DNA of 24,553 bases from a virus (taxonomy: Duplodnaviria; Caudoviricetes): positions 1 through 24,553 of IMG/VR virus record IMGVR_UViG_3300010048_000040. The stretch is one strand, 5' to 3'. Shown in pieces: positions 17,585 to 23,871 of this stretch (positions are counted from its first letter, which is position 1; every line of letters starts with the position of its first letter). Below the pieces are notes generated by a model. It ran no database searches. It had not been told where the DNA came from and saw nothing but the letters and a program-made list of their open reading frames with translations. A program made the position numbers and the translations under genes.

Positions 17585-17639
17585 CTCGGACTCAGAGCCT
17601 AGAACTCGGAATCACCAGTGAGCGTGGAACGGTTTTTTG

Positions 17640-17891
17640 ATGGCGAACTGGAAGAAGCCGACGCAGCAATTTTGGCGGGAGTGGAAAGCCGATCGCATGG
17701 CGATGATCGAGCGCGGCTTCACGATCAAAAAGATCAAAGGCGTTTGGCTCATGCGCAATCGCTACGAAGACGCCCGAGCGCAGGCAGAAATGTTCCCGAT
17801 TGTTGTTGAGCGATCTGATGACGGGCTGATGCCGGACGATCCGCACTCGCAGTATCCCGGCGTCGATATGAGTGTGCTGCCATGGGACTGA
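17640..17891 (+). CDS. Hypothetical protein
   Basis: MANWKKPTQQFWREWKADR..GFTIKK..GVW; overlaps the next start. Confidence 0.6.
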   Translation: MANWKKPTQQFWREWKADRMAMIERGFTIKKIKGVWLMRNRYEDARAQAEMFPIVVERSDDGLMPDDPHSQYPGVDMSVLPWD

Positions 17892-18157
17892 CCACCAAAC
17901 GCGACGAAGCTGCTTACCGGGATTACGTGGTCGCCCAGCTACGGCTGGCGCACATGCGGGTGCGGCTGCTGCTCAACGAAATTGAAATGATCGGCAAGGC
18001 GCTGAAGGGAAATTTGATTGAGCCTGACGATGCGGTGGCGTGGCTGCGCAGCGTCAACGGTCTTGAGTATCTGATCCCGGTTGAAGACGAGTTACCGAGT
18101 GCGGCGATGATGTCAGTGCCAGAAGGAGCAGCGGCGGTGCTGAGCCAGCCATCATGA
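17882..18157 (+). CDS. Hypothetical protein
   Basis: 91-aa ORF in a tightly packed operon; ATGA overlap with the next gene. Confidence 0.6.
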   Translation: MGLTTKRDEAAYRDYVVAQLRLAHMRVRLLLNEIEMIGKALKGNLIEPDDAVAWLRSVNGLEYLIPVEDELPSAAMMSVPEGAAAVLSQPS

Positions 18158-18390
18158 AGCTAACAAACAAAACGCAAGCGATCTACGACGCGGTGAAGCG
18201 TCGGCCGCGCACGGTATCTGAATTGGTCGAGATTATTTGGTGGCCGCATCCGCAGGACGGTAAGCGCGAAACCGTGAAGGCGCACGTCTGGCATTTGAAT
18301 CAGCGGCTGCGGCCGTGCGGATTGATGGTGCGAGCGCGGCTGGAAAGCAGCATTAGCGACGAGCGTGAATATCGATTGGTGAAGATATGA
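18154..18390 (+). CDS. Winged-helix DNA-binding protein (OmpR C-terminal-like)
   Basis: LT.K...IYD.V..R....SELVE.IW........TVKAHVWHLNQRL...YRL. Confidence 0.65.
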   Translation: MKLTNKTQAIYDAVKRRPRTVSELVEIIWWPHPQDGKRETVKAHVWHLNQRLRPCGLMVRARLESSISDEREYRLVKI

Positions 18391-19019
18391 TCCCGTTGGT
18401 TGGAATGGACGAGCGAGTGCTGGTGGCGCTGGCAGACGAGAACTGGAAACTGGGCGAGATCGTCGGTCGTGCACGTTATGACAGCGCGATCGCTGCCGGT
18501 CGGCACGTATTTGATAACGGCCGTGCCGCTAGCGTTGAAGAGATCATCGACGAGTATGTTCACGGTGCCCGTGGCGAGATTGCGGTGCATGGATTGTTCC
18601 CGTGGCTGCCATGGCACGATCTGAGCGATCGGGTCGATGATCTGCCGGACATCGGCGATTTCATCGACGTGAAAGCGCCAGCGCAAGACCCTAGCAGCAA
18701 CAAGCCGCGCAAGCTGATCGCTTACGACAGCCAACTACGCAATGACTGGGCGTTTGTGCTGGCGCTGTACGTCGGCAGGCAGCGCTTCCGTATCATGGGC
18801 TGGGCATCGAGTGCGGAGTTGCGGGCCGCGCCGATCAAGGAGCTTCAGCCGGGGCGGCCGTGTCATGTGCTTGAGCCGTCGATCCCGCCGCTGCATCCGC
18901 TGCGCCAACTGCAAGAGATCGCGTTGACGCGGCATCACCGACAGGCACTCGAAAAGGAGAAGGAGCATGAGCGATCAACAAGTGGCGAGCGTAGCGCGCA
19001 ATCTGGCGACGGCGCTTAA
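18387..19019 (+). CDS. Hypothetical protein, possible PD-(D/E)XK nuclease fold
   Basis: GARGEIAV ... PDIGDFIDVK ... FVL ... IMGW pattern. Confidence 0.6.
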   Translation: MIPLVGMDERVLVALADENWKLGEIVGRARYDSAIAAGRHVFDNGRAASVEEIIDEYVHGARGEIAVHGLFPWLPWHDLSDRVDDLPDIGDFIDVKAPAQDPSSNKPRKLIAYDSQLRNDWAFVLALYVGRQRFRIMGWASSAELRAAPIKELQPGRPCHVLEPSIPPLHPLRQLQEIALTRHHRQALEKEKEHERSTSGERSAQSGDGA

Positions 19020-19158
19020 GACCTTCGGCCGCGACCGCAGCCCCGAAGACAAGCAGAAGGTGCTGCAACTGGAAACCGAACTGTGCAAGGTCGTGCGCGA
19101 CGAAGTGGCTGAGCAGATCGACGCGGCAGCGGAAGCGCAACATGAGCTACAGCTTTGA
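18967..19158 (+). CDS. Hypothetical protein
   Basis: Strong RBS AAGGAGAAGGAG before ATG. Confidence 0.65.
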   Translation: MSDQQVASVARNLATALKTFGRDRSPEDKQKVLQLETELCKVVRDEVAEQIDAAAEAQHELQL

Positions 19159-19366
19159 AGACAAGTTGGCCGCTGTTCAGCATGAGCTAGCCGTGCGCCA
19201 GTGGTGGCAGAAGGCAAGCGCCGACGAAAAGGCGTTCAAGCCCGAAGCCGCATTCCGCCACATCGAAGTGCTGGAAGAGATCGCCACCGACTACCGGCGG
19301 GCGATCGATCGGCGATCCAATGTTAGTCACCTGCGCGTCGTGCGGCCGTCGTCGGACGCTGGATAA
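19142..19366 (+). CDS. Hypothetical phage protein
   Basis: EDKLAAVQHELAVR......A..HIEVLEEIA.DY pattern typical of small phage proteins. Confidence 0.65.
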   Translation: MSYSFEDKLAAVQHELAVRQWWQKASADEKAFKPEAAFRHIEVLEEIATDYRRAIDRRSNVSHLRVVRPSSDAG

Positions 19367-19727
19367 GCGCCCGCGTGGCAAGCTCAAGTGCACCCAGTGC
19401 GGATCACTGGCGGTGCGGGTGCGCCGCAAGGTGCGCTGGTGGCTGGCGTCGAGCGATCAGGACGGCGTGCCCGAGCATGAAGCCCGCATCAGGGTGTTCG
19501 GCTGGCTGGTCTGGTATGCTGAGATGATGCGCTACAAATCCGGCTGGGCCGGTTGCAAGTTCAAGGCGATCTATGGCTGCTGGCCGAACGGCGAGCGATC
19601 GGCGGCGATCGAGCCGACGCCGATGCAGGGCGAACTGGCGTGGTGGATCAACCAGCAGAACGCGGCCTTTTCCACAGCCCGTCGCCGGGAACGAATCAGG
19701 GCCGGGAACGAATCAGGATCATTATGA
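19320..19727 (+). CDS. Zn-ribbon + phage helicase C-terminal-like domain protein
   Basis: CASC..CTQCGS, then LVWYAEMMRYKSGWAGCKFKAIYGCWP. Confidence 0.6.
   Translation: MLVTCASCGRRRTLDKRPRGKLKCTQCGSLAVRVRRKVRWWLASSDQDGVPEHEARIRVFGWLVWYAEMMRYKSGWAGCKFKAIYGCWPNGERSAAIEPTPMQGELAWWINQQNAAFSTARRRERIRAGNESGSL
19684..19717 (+). repeat. 17-bp perfect tandem duplication
   Basis: GCCGGGAACGAATCAGG at 19684-19700 and 19701-19717. Confidence 0.95.
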
Positions 19728-19897
19728 GTAAGCAGCGCCAGATCGCGATCGCAACAGCCAAGAAGCAGGAGCGCGAACTGATGGCGGCGATCCAGCGGTC
19801 CCGGCGCGCCGACTGGCAGCCAGCGCCGCGCGATCCCGGCATCCGGCCGGGCGGCATTAGGGACCGCGCCATGCGGGCGCTGGCGGCAAGGCGATGA
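19724..19897 (+). CDS. Small basic hypothetical protein (57 aa)
   Basis: ATGA overlap; MSKQRQIAIATAKKQE... Confidence 0.55.
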   Translation: MSKQRQIAIATAKKQERELMAAIQRSRRADWQPAPRDPGIRPGGIRDRAMRALAARR

Positions 19898-19930
19898 TAG
19901 GGCCGGGTGTGGATTGGCTTACCAGTGGCC

Positions 19931-19959
19931 TTGCGCAGCCCGCTGCGAGCCACGATAAC
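19931..19959 (+). promoter_or_regulatory. Putative sigma70 promoter of the candidate sRNA
   Basis: TTGCGC-17 nt-GATAAC. Confidence 0.45.
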
Positions 19960-19964
19960 AAGGG

Positions 19965-20067
19965 GGCTCATGAAGCCTATCTGGTAGGTTGGCTCCTTCT
20001 GGTTGGCTAGAGCTAGGGTCGCCCGGGTGCTAGGCCTTCGTCAGTCAGGCACCGGGCGGCTCTTTTT
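19965..20067 (+). ncRNA. Candidate trans-acting antisense sRNA against the AGGAGCCAACC leader
   Basis: Lies between promoter-like and terminator-like elements; contains GGTTGGCTCCTTCTGGTTGGCT (19987-20008), complementary to the repeated RBS leaders. Confidence 0.5.
20015..20067 (+). terminator. Intrinsic terminator
   Basis: AGGGTCGCCCGGGTGC (20015-20030) pairs with GCACCGGGCGGCTCT (20049-20063), followed by a T-run; the G:U pairs work only on the + strand. Confidence 0.7.
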
Positions 20068-20147
20068 ACAGGATCGCCATGGGTGATCTGCGGCACAGCC
20101 GGGCCAGCAAGAAAGCGTGGCGCAGCCGCAAGCGCCGCAAGGCGGCG

Positions 20148-20357
20148 CTAGACCAGCATCAGCTTGACCGCCTGCCGCCGGGATCGCTCGGGCAGCATGG
20201 CCAGCAGCCGGAAAAACTGGACGACGGTGCCGGGGATCGCCCGGTCGCCGTGCAGCCACGACCGGACGGTGCGGACGGCAACACCGAGTAGTTGGGCGGC
20301 TTCGCGCTGGTTCAGCCCGTGCTCGATCAGCAGGGTGCGTAGCTGGATGCGGGTCAT
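20148..20357 (-). CDS. XRE-type helix-turn-helix regulator
   Basis: GLNQREAAQLLGVAVRTVRSWLHGDRAIP; last gene of the leftward array. Confidence 0.85.
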   Translation of the reverse strand: MTRIQLRTLLIEHGLNQREAAQLLGVAVRTVRSWLHGDRAIPGTVVQFFRLLAMLPERSRRQAVKLMLV

Positions 20358-20545
20358 GCGCTGGCCTTCGCGGGCTCAAGATCGGCGAAGTTGCCCAGCG
20401 TTTCGTCCAAGCACGGTCCGCCGTCGTAGGTCGAGCAGTCGTGATGGCCGTAGCCGCAGGGATGCGCCCGATCGGTGGCATAGAAGTCGCGCAGCCAGAT
20501 TTCGGCAGCGCGGCGGCTCAGGATGCGCGGTGTTCCGATCTTCAT
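20354..20545 (-). CDS. Small Cys/His-containing hypothetical protein
   Basis: AAGGAGCCAACC leader; HPCGYGHHDCS....PC. Confidence 0.7.
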   Translation of the reverse strand: MKIGTPRILSRRAAEIWLRDFYATDRAHPCGYGHHDCSTYDGGPCLDETLGNFADLEPAKASA

Positions 20546-20558
20546 GGGTTGGCTCCTT

Positions 20559-20939
20559 TCAATCCAGTTTGAAGTTTTCGTCGTTGAACGCGGCGGCTGC
20601 GATTTCAAAGTCGGTGCGCTTGATCACGCCGAGCTTGAACAGCACCCGGGCGATCGTGTCAGGGTCTAGGTCATCGCCATAGACGCGCGCAAACTCGGTG
20701 AACGTCTTGGGCTCGACCGCGACCGAGTTGGACACGATCAGTTGCCCCAAGCCGTCAGCGCGGACGACGGGCTCGCTGTGGTAGCGATGGTCGCTGGAAT
20801 AGACGTATTTCCATTCGCGGCCGTCGTGCAGCGTGAAGCGTTGGCCTTTGGCGAGAACTGGTTGTTTGTTCCAGTCTCTCGACCGGCGGTCGGGATGCGG
20901 ATTTTTTACGTCCGTTATCAGTTCAAGAACTTTGGTCAT
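20559..20939 (-). CDS. Hypothetical protein
   Basis: GGAGCCAACC leader; 126 aa. Confidence 0.75.
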   Translation of the reverse strand: MTKVLELITDVKNPHPDRRSRDWNKQPVLAKGQRFTLHDGREWKYVYSSDHRYHSEPVVRADGLGQLIVSNSVAVEPKTFTEFARVYGDDLDPDTIARVLFKLGVIKRTDFEIAAAAFNDENFKLD

Positions 20940-21154
20940 TGGTTGGCTCCCTTTCCTATGTTGTCGAGCCGACGCGCAGCGCCGGTTACGTGGTCGTCGT
21001 GATTGATCGCATCGCGCAGGCGATGATTGGCTTCGTGCATTTCACTGATCAGGATTTCGAACCGATAGACCATCTCGCCGTCGCGCACGTCCGGCGGCAG
21101 TTGTTCGCGCAGGGTTGCAAAGGCGCGCGACATCACATCGAAGCAATAACTCAT
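20936..21154 (-). CDS. Hypothetical protein
   Basis: Leader at 21157; ends ..GANQ over the next leader. Confidence 0.7.
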   Translation of the reverse strand: MSYCFDVMSRAFATLREQLPPDVRDGEMVYRFEILISEMHEANHRLRDAINHDDHVTGAARRLDNIGKGANQ

Positions 21155-21214
21155 TTGGTTGGCTCCTTTCGGTTTGGTAGTCGAGTCGGTCAATCCACCT
21201 GAAGAGTAGTCAAG

Positions 21215-21499
21215 TCATCGCTTGCCGTTCAGCTTGTCGGTGACTTCGGGCACGGTGCCCTGCACCATGTACTCCTGCTTGCCCTGCATGATGATCTTGG
21301 TGCAGGCGGGCACGCTGGTCTGGCGCGCCGGATCATTTTGATTCTGATCCCACCACATGTTGACTTGCGGCGCGTACTTCTCGCCGCCGAACTCGTCTTG
21401 GTAGTGCTCGATCACATCGACCCGTTTCGGATCGACAGCGATCGGCCGACGCTTGGTGCCGTCGATCGCCCAGCGCATAAACAACACTTTGTCGGTCAT
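21215..21499 (-). CDS. Hypothetical protein
   Basis: Leader at 21500; PIAVDP..V..IE...TKI......VQGT..EV..KL (FlbD-like pattern, weak). Confidence 0.7.
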   Translation of the reverse strand: MTDKVLFMRWAIDGTKRRPIAVDPKRVDVIEHYQDEFGGEKYAPQVNMWWDQNQNDPARQTSVPACTKIIMQGKQEYMVQGTVPEVTDKLNGKR

Positions 21500-21510
21500 G
21501 GTTGGCTCCT

Positions 21511-21720
21511 TCAGTTCTGCCGTAAGGTTTCGACATAGGCGCGGATCGCCGATGCCAGCGCGGCGTCGTCAACACCTTGCGCGATCTGCAAGCGTCCGTA
21601 GTCGAACACCTTGCCGATCTCCATGATGTTGATGGCGATGCCGCGACAGGTCGCGTAGTAAGCAGCCTCGATGCGCTTGTCGGCGATCTTGGCTGCTTTC
21701 TTTTCTGCTCGTGTCATCAT
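21511..21720 (-). CDS. Hypothetical protein
   Basis: Leader at 21722; the stop abuts the next leader. Confidence 0.7.
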   Translation of the reverse strand: MMTRAEKKAAKIADKRIEAAYYATCRGIAINIMEIGKVFDYGRLQIAQGVDDAALASAIRAYVETLRQN

Positions 21721-22109
21721 TGGTTGGCTCCTTCCAGTGTTGCCCGGGCTTCCTTGATCGCTTCCGCGACCATGCCGGGAAAGTAGTGGCAGATCACGAT
21801 CGTGCCTTTGGCCGCTCGCATGATCGAGCAGTTGCGGTTCATCGGATCAGGATCGCGGTGGCTGGTGGCGAACTGCTCGGCGCTGTCGTAGATGCAGCCG
21901 TGCAGCGTATCCCAGCCGAGCGTCTTGCCGGTGTGGCGATCGTTGACTGTGACCCGGGCGACGAAGGCGACCAGTTCGCCGTTGTGCAGCGCTGCGCCGG
22001 TCAGGCCGTCCGTGTCCCAGCTAAGATCAAGATCATCGTCCGGCGCGGCGTCGAACCGCACCGTGAAGTTGGCGGTGTTGAATTTCCAGATATTCTCCCA
22101 GTGCAGCAT
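21717..22109 (-). CDS. Hypothetical protein
   Basis: Leader at 22110; LGWDTLHGCIY..YF..MV.EAI.EAR; ends ..GANQ. Confidence 0.75.
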   Translation of the reverse strand: MLHWENIWKFNTANFTVRFDAAPDDDLDLSWDTDGLTGAALHNGELVAFVARVTVNDRHTGKTLGWDTLHGCIYDSAEQFATSHRDPDPMNRNCSIMRAAKGTIVICHYFPGMVAEAIKEARATLEGANQ

Positions 22110-22174
22110 GGTTGGCTCCTTATTTCGAATCGCACTGTGACGCGCCGCGCATGGCGGCGCGCTCGGTACGGTTC

Positions 22175-22702
22175 TCAGTGGTCGGGTGATTCGCCGAGAT
22201 CGTCGCGATCGTAACCATCGATGTGATCGGCTTCGGCTTCGCGGTCGGCGCGCTGGGCGCTGGCTTGCGCGTATGCGACCCGAGCTTCGGCCAGCCCGCG
22301 CTCAAGCGGATCGCCGTCTTTGCGGTGGCTCTCGTAGGCAACCTTGGCGGCGATGATGGCGTGAAGCTGGTCGCGATGCTTCTCGGACAGGCCTTCGCTG
22401 TAGTTGTTCAGCCAGTCTTGCAGTTCGCGACTGTCGGCATACCCGGCGTGAATGCCGGACCATGTGACGTGACCCTTGTCGTCGAGGATCATCACGCCGA
22501 AGTGGCAGTAGGTTGAGCCCTTCGGCTTGTTCCACGGCTCGCCCAGCCGCTTGGGGTTGGTGGTCTGGCTCATGAGCCGGAAGCCGAATTTCGGCCGGTG
22601 CTCAAGCCAGTACCGGATGCGGCAGCGCAGCCGAAAGCCGTAGGGATAGTCTTCGACCACGTAGGCCGTTTCCGGCGACGTGTGACCTGATAGAACCTTC
22701 AT
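22175..22702 (-). CDS. Hypothetical phage protein
   Basis: Leader at 22705; HTSPETAYVVEDYPYGFRLRC..RYWLE..QTTNPK..WNKPK.STY. Confidence 0.75.
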   Translation of the reverse strand: MKVLSGHTSPETAYVVEDYPYGFRLRCRIRYWLEHRPKFGFRLMSQTTNPKRLGEPWNKPKGSTYCHFGVMILDDKGHVTWSGIHAGYADSRELQDWLNNYSEGLSEKHRDQLHAIIAAKVAYESHRKDGDPLERGLAEARVAYAQASAQRADREAEADHIDGYDRDDLGESPDH

Positions 22703-22941
22703 GTGGTTGGCTCCTTCTTGAGTGCATGTCGCATGACATCGCACTCGGTTGTGGCTGGACTCTCGGGCGTGACCCGCCGCAGATCGGCGACAGGTATCCG
22801 GTCGGTCTTCCAGCCGGTTTCGATCCATTGCACGTTGGCAAAGAACTTGCCGTGGCAAAGGTGGATGGTGCGGACGATGCCGTGGTGACGTGGATCAGCC
22901 ACGTCATAAACGACAGTCCCACGTTGTATGGGCGCGTTCAT
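22699..22941 (-). CDS. Small SH3/KOW-like beta protein
   Basis: Leader at 22943; IQRGTVVY......G.VR......ANVQW......IPVADLRRV; first gene of the array. Confidence 0.65.
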   Translation of the reverse strand: MNAPIQRGTVVYDVADPRHHGIVRTIHLCHGKFFANVQWIETGWKTDRIPVADLRRVTPESPATTECDVMRHALKKEPTT

Positions 22942-22961
22942 TGGTTGGCTCCTTTCACCAT

Positions 22962-22996
22962 GTATATATGCACTTTGTGCCGCTGGCACAATGTGC
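22962..22996 (-). promoter_or_regulatory. Putative promoter and operator of the leftward array
   Basis: Minus strand TTGTGC-17 nt-TATATA overlapped by inverted repeat GCACTTTGTGCC-gct-GGCACAATGTGC (22970-22996). Confidence 0.55.
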
Positions 22997-23119
22997 CCCG
23001 CCCTAGCTCGGGAATCGTGACGGGGCCGTACCGCAGCAGAGCCCGATGCGGCACCTGACAGCATCACCACACGCTACCCACCGGGATTGGATACCCGCCA
23101 AAGCCTTGTCCGTGTGTTG

Positions 23120-23806
23120 TCAGGCAACTCGTTTGATCAGTTCAGTGAGTGGCTTTCTGCTCATGTGCATGTTCCAGCCGACTTCCTTTTCCATTGCGAC
23201 GTACTTGTCGAAGATCGCTGGATTGTGCTTGCGCCCGCAGGCGAGATCGCCCTTGGACGACATGATGCAGAAGATACAACTCAGTCGCTCATTGCCGAGC
23301 GAGTAGGCTTCGTGGGGCTGCTGGCCCGCCTTGATGATCATGCCGAAGACGCCGAGTTCATCAACGTCGCGGATCGGCAGGTATTCGTACCAAGGCCGGT
23401 TGGCGACCCAGTTGCCAGTTTTCTTGTTGCGGAATCGCGTGACTTCAGAGAACACCGGCCGCTTGGCGCGGCCGTGCGATTCCTGTGCCCGCAGCCCGAG
23501 CACGTTCACGATCGTGGTGAAGCCGTGCGCTTTGGCGTAGCGCCGGACTTCGCGCTCGATCGGGTTGCGCTTGAGATCAGACGTGCACTGTCGCCGCTTG
23601 GCGTCGGGCCAAGCTGGCGCGTCAGGCCGTACTGCGTGCCGGTGCCTGACCATGTCGAACATGGTCTTGCTGGCACGGGCGACAATGAAATCGCAGCCGA
23701 CCGCCTTGGCATGTTGCTGGGCATGCTCAAGCGCACCGGGCCACTCGATCTCGCCGAGCGAAGCGTGCACGACGACGATCTGCTTGGCCGGGACGTGGTC
23801 GCGATC
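23120..23806 (-). CDS. Phage PAPS-reductase-family protein, N-terminus (SGGKDS PP-loop) missing
   Basis: VVHASLGEIEW, RQCTSDLKRNPI, LGLRAQES..RAK, YLPI.D, AY.LGNERLSCIFCI. Confidence 0.8.
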   Translation of the reverse strand, partial: DRDHVPAKQIVVVHASLGEIEWPGALEHAQQHAKAVGCDFIVARASKTMFDMVRHRHAVRPDAPAWPDAKRRQCTSDLKRNPIEREVRRYAKAHGFTTIVNVLGLRAQESHGRAKRPVFSEVTRFRNKKTGNWVANRPWYEYLPIRDVDELGVFGMIIKAGQQPHEAYSLGNERLSCIFCIMSSKGDLACGRKHNPAIFDKYVAMEKEVGWNMHMSRKPLTELIKRVA

Positions 23807-23871
23807 GAGCAGCGCGACTCGAGGACGAGTGCGGAGGCGGTCAGCTTCGCTCGGTCGCCGACCCTTCAGCG

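Larger units (their letters stand above)
17079..17636. other. Long structured non-coding region (candidate replication origin / ncRNA)
   Basis: At least six consecutive stem-loops, a TTGACT promoter-like element at 17116, a DnaA box and short direct repeats; no convincing ORF. Confidence 0.5.
20547..22953 (-). repeat. Eight dispersed copies of start-associated leader (A)GGAGCCAACC
   Basis: GGTTGGCTCC begins at 20547, 20941, 21157, 21500, 21722, 22110, 22705 and 22943, each 0-2 nt from a minus-strand ATG. Confidence 0.95.
1..23806. mobile_element. Tailed phage/prophage segment (baseplate-tail fibre, lysis, recombination and early-gene modules)
   Basis: Baseplate J-like, tail fibre, GH108 lysin, RecT/RecE, RusA and Cro-like genes; dense small ORFs with ATGA overlaps. 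The left end runs off the window. Confidence 0.93.

Noticed and set aside
19696-19971. Minus-strand 91-aa ORF using the ninth leader copy as RBS
   Set aside because: Its ATG is 15 nt from the motif (others 0-2 nt) and the ORF is antisense to 19724-19897; disfavoured but not excluded.
22121-22174. GC hairpin CGCGCCGC/GCGGCGCG and tiny ORF MRGASQCDSK between array genes
   Set aside because: No U-tract and too short to support; possibly a processing or stability stem, but there is no evidence.
19987-22953. GGTTGGCTCC repeats as a CRISPR array or integron attC sites
   Set aside because: The repeats are only 10-14 bp, non-palindromic, 200-600 bp apart and coincide with RBSs; no cas or integron integrase is present.
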